This document shows positions 56,993 to 64,000 of a stretch of 64,000 nt of DNA, in pieces (within the stretch, counting starts at the first letter, position 1; the number at the start of each line of letters is the position of its first letter). This DNA is from Bacilli bacterium. Lineage in GTDB: Bacteria > Bacillota_I > Bacilli_A > RF39 > UBA660. The notes under the pieces were generated by a model. It worked only from the letters and a program-made list of their open reading frames with translations, was not told the origin of the DNA and ran no database searches. Location: assembly GCA_017409025.1 (NCBI GenBank), contig JAFQTN010000001.1:71088-135087 (forward strand), given 5' to 3'. A program made the translations under genes and the position numbers.

Positions 56993-58063
56993 GTGAAAAA
57001 AATAAAAAAGATAATATTGATATTGTTATTTAGCTTATTACCTATTGTTCAAGTTAATGCTTCCGAATATCCAGAAATAACAGAAGATGTTGAAATAAGA
57101 TATAAATGGTATAAAGAAATAGTAACAGGAGATTACTATTCCAAAAAAGATATTAAAGAAGGCGATTTAGTAAATGAAAACAATATAAAGTATGGAAGAA
57201 TTAATGATTTTTACGAATCACAATATTGTGAATTATCCGAAGAATATTATAAGTTAGAAAAGCAACTTATGAAAGTTTATAAAAAGGTTGAAAATGTAAG
57301 ATATATTTTATTTGAAGATTTCAATTATGAAGATAATATAAAGATTTATCAGAGTAATCAAGAGATAAATTTTGAAATACTTAGTAATGAAAATAATAAA
57401 TTAAAAATAGATTTAAAGAAAAGATATATGAGTGAAAAACTCCTATTTATTATAGAAAATGCAAAAAACTATAAAATAAGCTTTTATACAGATAAAAACT
57501 TAGTAAATTATATTATATCAAAAGAAATAAATGAAGAGAAAATATTCTCTCCAGATAAAACATGGATAACAGAAAGGACAACCTATGTAAATTACCATAC
57601 ATATGAGAGTTTAGAAAATAGTGATTTGACAACCAAAACATCAGAATATTATAGATGTAGATATAGAGAAATCTATGTTTACAAATATGAAATAAAAAAA
57701 GAATATTATGATGATAATTATCATTTAAATGTAGAAGGATATATAAAAGATGTTAATGACTATAAAATTTTCTACAAGGGAATACCTATAACAAATACAA
57801 TTGAAATTACTAAAGAAAAAATTGTTAAAGAACCAAAGTATATTTATATTGAAAATGAGAGTATAACAAAAGAAAATGATTCTTCAAAAAATGAAACTAC
57901 TTGTTTGCCAGAAATAAAAACAGAAGTAAAAAGAGAAATAGTAGAAAAAGAGATTTTTAAAATACCTAAAAAAATATATATAATTATTATTTTAATGATT
58001 ATGACAATTATTATTTTAATAATAAATATAATAAAAAATATGTCGCACAAAAATATTAACTAG
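56993..58063 (+). CDS. Hypothetical secreted protein with C-terminal TM anchor
   Basis: Signal peptide ..LLPIVQVNA/SE and a C-terminal helix IYIIIILMIMTIIILIINII. No recognisable domain. The GTG start abuts the SD, so the start is uncertain. Confidence 0.45.
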   Translation: MKKIKKIILILLFSLLPIVQVNASEYPEITEDVEIRYKWYKEIVTGDYYSKKDIKEGDLVNENNIKYGRINDFYESQYCELSEEYYKLEKQLMKVYKKVENVRYILFEDFNYEDNIKIYQSNQEINFEILSNENNKLKIDLKKRYMSEKLLFIIENAKNYKISFYTDKNLVNYIISKEINEEKIFSPDKTWITERTTYVNYHTYESLENSDLTTKTSEYYRCRYREIYVYKYEIKKEYYDDNYHLNVEGYIKDVNDYKIFYKGIPITNTIEITKEKIVKEPKYIYIENESITKENDSSKNETTCLPEIKTEVKREIVEKEIFKIPKKIYIIIILMIMTIIILIINIIKNMSHKNIN

Positions 58064-58126
58064 TATTGTCGAATTCGTATAAAAAATAAATAATATATGC
58101 TAAATTAAATTAGAAAGAGGAAAAAC

Positions 58127-58441
58127 ATGTTGAAAATAAATTTTGAATTTAGAAAAGGTATATTCTTCATAAGATTAATAGGAAACCTGAACAATAAAAA
58201 TTATAAAGAAAAAGAAAATATGTTGAAAGATTTAATCATAGAAAACAAATTCAAATATATAGTCATAAACACTAACTATTTGAAAAATATAGATTTAGAT
58301 GGTTTGAATTATCTATTAGAAATATTCTACATTACTAAATCAAACGAAAGTAATCTAATCATATGTGATAAAAATAATATTTTTAAAAGGTTATTAAATA
58401 AGAGTATTCCAAGTATAAAAGAGGAAATAGAAGTTCTATAA
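58127..58441 (+). CDS. STAS-domain anti-sigma-factor antagonist (SpoIIAA-like), Ser-to-Asp variant
   Basis: 104 aa. KYIVINTNYLKNIDLDGLNYLL aligns to SpoIIAA HIVLNLEDLSFMDSSGLGVIL. Confidence 0.55.
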   Translation: MLKINFEFRKGIFFIRLIGNLNNKNYKEKENMLKDLIIENKFKYIVINTNYLKNIDLDGLNYLLEIFYITKSNESNLIICDKNNIFKRLLNKSIPSIKEEIEVL

Positions 58442-58451
58442 AGGAGAAAAA

Positions 58452-59108
58452 ATGGATAATTTGGGAGAAATAATAGTTGCAAATGAGGGATTAATTTATA
58501 AAATAATAAATAAATATAGAAATTATTTTGAAATAGAAGATTTATATCAAGTAGCTGTAATGGGACTAATAAAAGCGAGTAAAAATTATAATAGTGAATA
58601 CGGTGCAAAATTCACATCATATGCTTACCCATTTATATTAGGTGAAGTAATAAAATACATAAATGAATTTAGAAATATTAAAATAAATAAAGATGTAGCA
58701 AAACTATATACAAAAATACTAAAAGCAATTGAGATTCTTTCTCAAAAATTAATGAAAATGCCATCCAATTATGAATTATCTTTATTTTTAGAAATTGATG
58801 AATCACTAATTGAAGAAGTTTTAATGGCAAATACAACAGTTGAAAGTCTAGATAGAATAATAAGCCAAGATGGTAAAGATTTAGAATTATACAACAAATA
58901 TGGTTATTGTGATCATGGAATAGAAAACTATCCACTAATATCAGAATTAGAAAAATTACCACCATTAGAAAGAGCAATAATCCAAGCAAGATATTATGAA
59001 AATATGTCGCAAAGAGAAACTGGAATTACACTAGGTATGTATCAAGTTGAAGTATCACGTAGAGAAAAGAGGATTCTTGAAAAGTTAAAGGATAATATTG
59101 CAGCATAA
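58452..59108 (+). CDS. Group-3 sigma factor of the SigF/SigG/SigB type
   Basis: DLYQVAVMGLIKASKNY, FTSYAYPFILGEVIKYINEFRNIKINKDVAKLY, and region 4 SQRETGITLGMYQVEVSRREKR. Confidence 0.75.
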   Translation: MDNLGEIIVANEGLIYKIINKYRNYFEIEDLYQVAVMGLIKASKNYNSEYGAKFTSYAYPFILGEVIKYINEFRNIKINKDVAKLYTKILKAIEILSQKLMKMPSNYELSLFLEIDESLIEEVLMANTTVESLDRIISQDGKDLELYNKYGYCDHGIENYPLISELEKLPPLERAIIQARYYENMSQRETGITLGMYQVEVSRREKRILEKLKDNIAA

Positions 59109-59343
59109 ACCAGAAACTAAGAGAAATATATATATAATAATTTCCCAGAATATAAAAAAATACCGTAGACTACAAAAAATTACTCAAAAAGAATTAGCCA
59201 AAAAATGCGGATATTCATATGCATACATAAGAAGAATAGAAGGACCAAATTGTCCGAAAAATTTTTCTATATTAACTATTTGTAATATATGCGACGCTCT
59301 AAATATTGAAGTTAGTTCAATATTTGAAAATAATGACATATAA
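59098..59343 (+). CDS. XRE-family helix-turn-helix protein
   Basis: IKKYRRLQKITQKELAKKCGYSYAYIRRIE. It overlaps the sigma gene end by 11 nt. Confidence 0.6.
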   Translation: MQHKPETKRNIYIIISQNIKKYRRLQKITQKELAKKCGYSYAYIRRIEGPNCPKNFSILTICNICDALNIEVSSIFENNDI

Positions 59344-59349
59344 TAAAAT

Positions 59350-59589
59350 ATGAAATTAATAAGCAAATTAGATAGATATTTAGAAAATAAAAATTATGAA
59401 CTCATTATCAAAGAAAATAAAATTAACATAATAAATTTTCAAGAAATAATAGATTTCTCCGTTAACAAGATTTCTTTAAGATGTGACAACAAAATAATTA
59501 ATATTGAAGGTAAGAATTTAATAATAGCAAAAATGTTAGATGAGGAAATATTAATAACAGGTATAATTACTAATATAAGAATAAACTAA
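59350..59589 (+). CDS. yqfC: Sporulation protein YqfC (YabP family)
   Basis: 79 aa with the YabP-like pattern ..INF.EIIDFS.NKISL....K.I.IEGKNL.I..M.DEEILI.G.I..I, followed by yqfD. Confidence 0.65.
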   Translation: MKLISKLDRYLENKNYELIIKENKINIINFQEIIDFSVNKISLRCDNKIINIEGKNLIIAKMLDEEILITGIITNIRIN

Positions 59590-59621
59590 AAGCAAAGTAC
59601 ATAAAATTTTATAGGTGTACT

Positions 59622-60797
59622 ATGAATAATAATTATATAAAAGTTTTAATTGAAGGTAAAAATGTTAATAATTATATAAAATGGTTAATAAATCAAAGAA
59701 TAAATATAATTAATCTAAATGTAGTTAAACATAATGAATTAGAAATTATAATAAACTACAAAGATTATAAATTATTAAAAAAATACTCAAAAACATATAA
59801 GATAAAAATTATTAAAAAATATGGTACTTTAAAGTTAATTGAATTAATGAAAAGAAACTTATTCATTATTCTTTGGCTTGTTTTAGCAATAGCATTTTTG
59901 TATTTTCTTTCCAATATAATTTTTTCAGTAGAAATAGTATATAATGATAAAGAAATGATTGAAAATATAGAAAAAGAACTAAAAAAATATGGGATAGAAA
60001 AATACAAACAAAAAAAAGAATATACTTATTTAAGTAAAATCAAAGAAGAAATACTAAAAAATAATAAAGATACAATAGAATGGATAGAAATTATTGAAGA
60101 TGGAACTAAATACATAGTAAGGTTGGTTGAAAGAAAAAAAGAAGAATTCATTAAAGAATATGAGTATCAATCAATTTCCACAACAAAAGATGCTATTATA
60201 ACAAGTATTAAAGCTACCTCAGGTGAAAAGATAAAAGAAATAAATGAATATGTTAAAGCAGATGATATTATAGTTAGTGGTATAATTACTAAACCAGATA
60301 GTTCATTAGTATATACAAAGGCTAAAGCTACAATTTATGGAGAAGTATGGTATGAAATTAATATTGAGTATCCATATGTATATAAGGAAGAAAAAGTTAA
60401 TGGAAAAAGTAAAGATGTTTATGTAATTAATTTTTTAAGTAAAAAGATTCCAATTTTCTCATATAAAAAATATAAAAATTTCAAAGTTGAAACAAATAAT
60501 ATAATAGAAAGCAATATATTACCTATAAGTATTTCAAAAGAAAAACAATATGAAGTAATTGTAAAAGAAGAAATATATACCTGGGAAGAAGCTATATCAA
60601 ATGCTATAGATTTAGCAAAGAAAAAACTTCTAGAGAATAATAATAAAATAATCAACATAAAGAAGGTAGAAATACTAGATAAGCAAACTATTGATTCAAA
60701 AATAAAACTAAATCTATTTATATCAGTTGAAGAAGATATAACAAAAATAGTAGAGGTGAAAAAAGAAGAAACCAAAGAAAAAGATTTACAAAACTAG
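59622..60797 (+). CDS. yqfD: Sporulation protein YqfD
   Basis: About 390 aa with one central TM helix (LFIILWLVLAIAFLYFLSNIIFSV), the layout of YqfD, and the conserved yqfC-yqfD pairing. Confidence 0.7.
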   Translation: MNNNYIKVLIEGKNVNNYIKWLINQRINIINLNVVKHNELEIIINYKDYKLLKKYSKTYKIKIIKKYGTLKLIELMKRNLFIILWLVLAIAFLYFLSNIIFSVEIVYNDKEMIENIEKELKKYGIEKYKQKKEYTYLSKIKEEILKNNKDTIEWIEIIEDGTKYIVRLVERKKEEFIKEYEYQSISTTKDAIITSIKATSGEKIKEINEYVKADDIIVSGIITKPDSSLVYTKAKATIYGEVWYEINIEYPYVYKEEKVNGKSKDVYVINFLSKKIPIFSYKKYKNFKVETNNIIESNILPISISKEKQYEVIVKEEIYTWEEAISNAIDLAKKKLLENNNKIINIKKVEILDKQTIDSKIKLNLFISVEEDITKIVEVKKEETKEKDLQN

Positions 60798-60836
60798 ATA
60801 ATTAATATATAATTATACTAGAATGGAGTGGAAAAT

Positions 60837-61220
60837 ATGATACAAACACAAACAATAGATATAGAACATGTTAGAAAAGTTTTGCAAAATTGTCCTCACT
60901 TCGATAAAATAGTTAATTATGAATATCCATATGGCGATACACTATCAAAAAAATTAATAGACTGGTATCGTGAATTAATATTTTCGGCAAATGGAGATAA
61001 CGAAAAACAATTAATGTTAATAAATGCATTAGATAGAAGCTTGTACTTATACATAAAAGATAATAAATATAAAAGAGGAATAAGAAAAATTATAACAGAT
61101 GAAGAATTAACATTTGAAGATAAGAATCTAATAAAGGATGTAATCAAGAAGTTAATAGAGTTCACAAGTAGTTACGAAAAAAAAGAAGTACTAGAATTTA
61201 ATACTACAAAATGGTTATAA
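60837..61220 (+). CDS. Hypothetical protein
   Basis: ORF with an SD (GGAG) before ATG 60837. No recognisable motif. Confidence 0.35.
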   Translation: MIQTQTIDIEHVRKVLQNCPHFDKIVNYEYPYGDTLSKKLIDWYRELIFSANGDNEKQLMLINALDRSLYLYIKDNKYKRGIRKIITDEELTFEDKNLIKDVIKKLIEFTSSYEKKEVLEFNTTKWL

Positions 61221-61303
61221 ATTACTTCTTTTTTTTCTGAAATTTTGATATAAACTTTACAAATTAATTTGTTTTTTGCTATAATCTAAATGGAGGAAAT
61301 AAC

Positions 61304-61819
61304 ATGGGAAGAGAATTAAGAAGAAAACAAGCAAAAAGAGAAAGAAAAAGTTTACAAAAAGAAGTTGTATCAGAAGAAAATCAAATAAAAAAACTTATAA
61401 AAATAACACTATTAATAGTTTTTATAGTATGTGTGATATATTTAATAGCAGCTTTGTTTATAACAAAAGAAGTAAATTGGTTTGATAAAGAGGATAAAAG
61501 TGAAACATTAGTAACAAATACTATCTTAGCTTCAGAAACATTTAAACAAAAAGAAGAAGAATATTATGTATATTTTTATGACTATAGTGAAGAAGATAGC
61601 GAAATAACATCAGCCGTAAGTAGCAAACTATCAACAAAAAAAGTTTATAAAGTAGATACTAGTTCTGCATTAAATAATAATTATGTGTCAGAAGAAAGTA
61701 ATAAATCTGCAAAAAAATTAGAAGACTTAAAAGTAAAAGCATCAACTGTTATTAAAATTTCAGGCGAAGAAATAGTTGAATACTATGAAGACAAAGAAAT
61801 AGTTAATAATCTAAAATAA
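61304..61819 (+). CDS. Hypothetical membrane-anchored protein
   Basis: Basic N-terminus and one TM helix (ITLLIVFIVCVIYLIAALFI). The extracytoplasmic domain has no clear motif. Confidence 0.4.
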   Translation: MGRELRRKQAKRERKSLQKEVVSEENQIKKLIKITLLIVFIVCVIYLIAALFITKEVNWFDKEDKSETLVTNTILASETFKQKEEEYYVYFYDYSEEDSEITSAVSSKLSTKKVYKVDTSSALNNNYVSEESNKSAKKLEDLKVKASTVIKISGEEIVEYYEDKEIVNNLK

Positions 61820-61822
61820 AAA

Positions 61823-61852
61823 TACAAGTAAAAAATACTTGTTTTTTTAAAG
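61823..61852 (+). terminator. Rho-independent terminator
   Basis: ACAAGTA AAAAA TACTTGT + T7. Confidence 0.65.
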
Positions 61853-61874
61853 GTTTTATGATATCATTTATAAA

Positions 61875-61944
61875 TGAATTATTTAATCCGCTGCAAATTT
61901 GCATGTTTGCACGATTAATGTAAAAAAAGGAGAGTGAATTTACG
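61875..61944 (+). promoter_or_regulatory. rplS 5' leader with hairpin (possible L19 autoregulatory leader)
   Basis: Putative promoter TTGTTT-N17-TATCAT (61839-61867). Palindrome TGCAAATTTGCA lies in the leader. The resemblance to the Bacilli L19 leader is only positional. Confidence 0.25.
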
Positions 61945-62301
61945 ATGGCTAAAAACTTAATCGAAAAGATTACTAAAAAGCAAATTAATCCAAATATTCC
62001 AGAATTTAGAATAGGTGACACAGTTTGCGTAGATTGCAAAATCATCGAAGAAAAAGGTGGAAAATCAAAAGAAAGAATTCAAAAATTCGAAGGAATAGTA
62101 ATCTCAAGAAAAGGAAAAGGAGCAACAGAAACATTTACAGTAAGAAAAGTATCTTCTGGTGTAGGTGTTGAAAGAACGTTCCCAGTAAATAGTCCAAATA
62201 TTGCTTTAATTACTGTTGTTAAGAAAGGTAAAGTTAGAAGAGCTAAATTATATTTCTTAAGAGCAAGAGAAAGCCAATATAAGATTAAAGAAAGAAGATA
62301 A
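61945..62301 (+). CDS. rplS: 50S ribosomal protein L19
   Basis: [24 protein letters not shown]...[21 protein letters not shown]. Confidence 0.95.
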   Translation: MAKNLIEKITKKQINPNIPEFRIGDTVCVDCKIIEEKGGKSKERIQKFEGIVISRKGKGATETFTVRKVSSGVGVERTFPVNSPNIALITVVKKGKVRRAKLYFLRARESQYKIKERR

Positions 62302-62336
62302 AATTAAGAATATTGTTTTTCTTGTATGGAGGAAAA

Positions 62337-62834
62337 GTGAAAAAATTAGTAAAAGAATTGATTCCGTATATAGTAATTATAATTGTGGTAATTTTATTAA
62401 GAACATTTATAGTTACCCCAGTAATTGTTGTAGGTGATTCAATGGTTCCTACTTTAGAAGATAATCAGATTTTGTTATTGAATAAATTAGATTATAAACT
62501 AAATGAAATTGAAAGATATGATATCGTGGTTGTTGAAGTAGCGAAAAGTGAAATAATCAAAAGGGTAATCGGATTACCAGGAGAAAATATTGAATATAGA
62601 AACAACAAACTATATATAAATGGACACGAAGAAGAAACTACTTATAATTTTGACACTGAAGATTTTACGTTAAAAAGCATATGTAATTGTGATAAAATTC
62701 CACAAGATAAATATTTAGTTCTAGGAGATAACCGAATGGTATCATCCGATAGTAGAATTATTGGACTAATTGACAAAGAAGACATCCTAGGAAGTACAAA
62801 GTTGAGCCTTTGGCCAATAAAAACAGTCAAATAA
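62337..62834 (+). CDS. lepB: Signal peptidase I (S26, LepB type)
   Basis: GDSMVPTL, IKRVIGLPGE and LGDNRMVSSDSR. GTG 62337 follows GGAGG. Confidence 0.9.
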   Translation: MKKLVKELIPYIVIIIVVILLRTFIVTPVIVVGDSMVPTLEDNQILLLNKLDYKLNEIERYDIVVVEVAKSEIIKRVIGLPGENIEYRNNKLYINGHEEETTYNFDTEDFTLKSICNCDKIPQDKYLVLGDNRMVSSDSRIIGLIDKEDILGSTKLSLWPIKTVK

Positions 62835-62846
62835 AGAGGTGGTTTT

Positions 62847-63683
62847 ATGTCAATAAATTGGTATCCAGGACACATGGCAAAGACCAAAAGAGAAATAAAA
62901 GAAAATATAGATTTAATTGATATAGTTTATGAAGTAATAGATGCAAGAATCCCTAAATCATCTAAAAATAAAGATGTGGATGCTCTAATAAAAAATAAAC
63001 CAAGAATATTAATCATGACGAAATATGATCTTTGCGATGAAGATAATACTAATAAATGGAAAAAATATTATGAGTCACAAGGATATAAAGTTGTTTTATT
63101 AGATTTAATAAACAAACCAAACATGCAACCAATTTTAGAAGAAACCACTAAAATTCTAAAAGAACTTAATGAAAAAAGAAAATCAAAAGGGTTAAAAGAA
63201 AGAAAAGCTAGAGCTTTAATTCTAGGAATACCTAATGTAGGTAAATCAACACTAATAAATAGACTAGTAGGAAAAAAAACAACTAATGTTGGAAATAAAC
63301 CGGGAATAACTAAAAAATTAGAATGGATTAGAATTAATAATCAAATTGAATTATTAGATACTCCAGGTATTTTGTGGCCAAGATTAGATAATCAAATCGT
63401 AGCACTAAATCTTGCTTCTATGACAGCAATCAAAGAAGAAATCTTAGATTTAGAAGAAGTTGCTATACATATAATAAATACAATGATTAAATTGTATCCT
63501 AGTCAAATAAAAGAAAGATATAACATTGATTCTGAAAAAGATATTGTAGAAATTCTAGATAAAATTGGTAAAAAAATTGGTGCCGTAAGAAATAACGAAA
63601 CCGATTATGAAAAGGTATATACTACAGTTTTAAAAGATTTAAGAGAAGGTTATTTAGGAAGAGTAACTTTTGATAGGCAATAA
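62847..63683 (+). CDS. rbgA: Ribosome biogenesis GTPase A (YlqF)
   Basis: INWYPGHMAK, circularly permuted G motifs MTKYDL .. GIPNVGKST .. DTPG. Confidence 0.9.
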   Translation: MSINWYPGHMAKTKREIKENIDLIDIVYEVIDARIPKSSKNKDVDALIKNKPRILIMTKYDLCDEDNTNKWKKYYESQGYKVVLLDLINKPNMQPILEETTKILKELNEKRKSKGLKERKARALILGIPNVGKSTLINRLVGKKTTNVGNKPGITKKLEWIRINNQIELLDTPGILWPRLDNQIVALNLASMTAIKEEILDLEEVAIHIINTMIKLYPSQIKERYNIDSEKDIVEILDKIGKKIGAVRNNETDYEKVYTTVLKDLREGYLGRVTFDRQ

Positions 63684-63701
63684 AATTAAGTAGGTGTTAA
63701 A

Positions 63702-64000
63702 ATGCAAATAGATATAACAAAGTTATTAAATGGCTACACTGATAATATACAAATAAATGAAAAAGTATATATAACTGAAATATTATTAGAAACTTCTCTA
63801 ATAGATGAATTAAAAGATGTTAACTTAAATGGTGATATTACATTAGATGAAGATAATAATTTAAATTTAACTGGAAAACTATATGGCGTTATGATTCTAA
63901 AAGATGATATAACTTTAGAACCAGTTGAATATAAATTTGAAACAGAACTAGAAGAAATAATAGAAAAAAATAAAAATATTTTAGATATTACAGATGTTTT
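63702..64000 (+). CDS. DUF177 (YceD-like) protein, 5' part (runs off the window)
   Basis: N-terminal pattern MQIDITKLL......I.......... L.G.I.L......L.L.G.L.. typical of YceD-family proteins. The call is tentative. Confidence 0.45.
   Translation, partial: MQIDITKLLNGYTDNIQINEKVYITEILLETSLIDELKDVNLNGDITLDEDNNLNLTGKLYGVMILKDDITLEPVEYKFETELEEIIEKNKNILDITDV

Overview
This is a very AT-rich chromosomal segment (no composition statistics computed) from an endospore-forming Bacillota (Firmicutes) genome. Sporulation markers include an alpha/beta SASP, spoIIGA-sigE, a STAS/SigF-like pair, yqfC-yqfD and a YqfQ/VrrA-like gene. Most of the window is housekeeping: thiI, uppP, gltX, two plsC, ugtP-like, glyA, gpsA, gap, queA, dnaG-sigA-trmK, topA, proS, secG, rplS-lepB-rbgA and 9 tRNAs. 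There is no rRNA, no CRISPR array and no intact transposon or prophage.

Main observations:
1. Expanded SipW/TasA-like gene set. A sipW operon (4.4-9.2 kb) encodes two giant TasA-domain proteins. A second cluster (32.5-39.7 kb) holds five small paralogs with SipW-type signal peptides and TasA-like C-terminal strands. That cluster is interleaved with a pilC/prepilin-peptidase pair that has no ATPase or canonical pilin gene in the window. This is my best candidate for an undescribed surface-fibre system.
2. A bipartite com-box-like promoter (AAAAAGTAAT-N12-TACGAATAATAC) occurs four times: upstream of comEA-comEC, dnaG-sigA, a Bro-N/DinD-like gene and an unknown secreted protein.
3. A 2.7-kb integrase-less island lies in tRNA-Glu, bounded by 57-nt direct repeats. 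It carries a frameshifted Abi_2 gene flanked by two copies of a promoter-proximal RNA hairpin motif.
4. The unit tRNA-Gln(CUG)-gltX-tRNA-Glu(CUC) looks co-transcribed.
5. A STAS/SigF-like operon lacks spoIIAB, and Asp replaces the phospho-serine.
6. A BcnI/MvaI-like endonuclease gene has no adjacent methyltransferase.
7. GH31 and Amidase_3 homologs appear to have substituted catalytic residues.

All functional calls come from reading motifs by eye. No database search was run.
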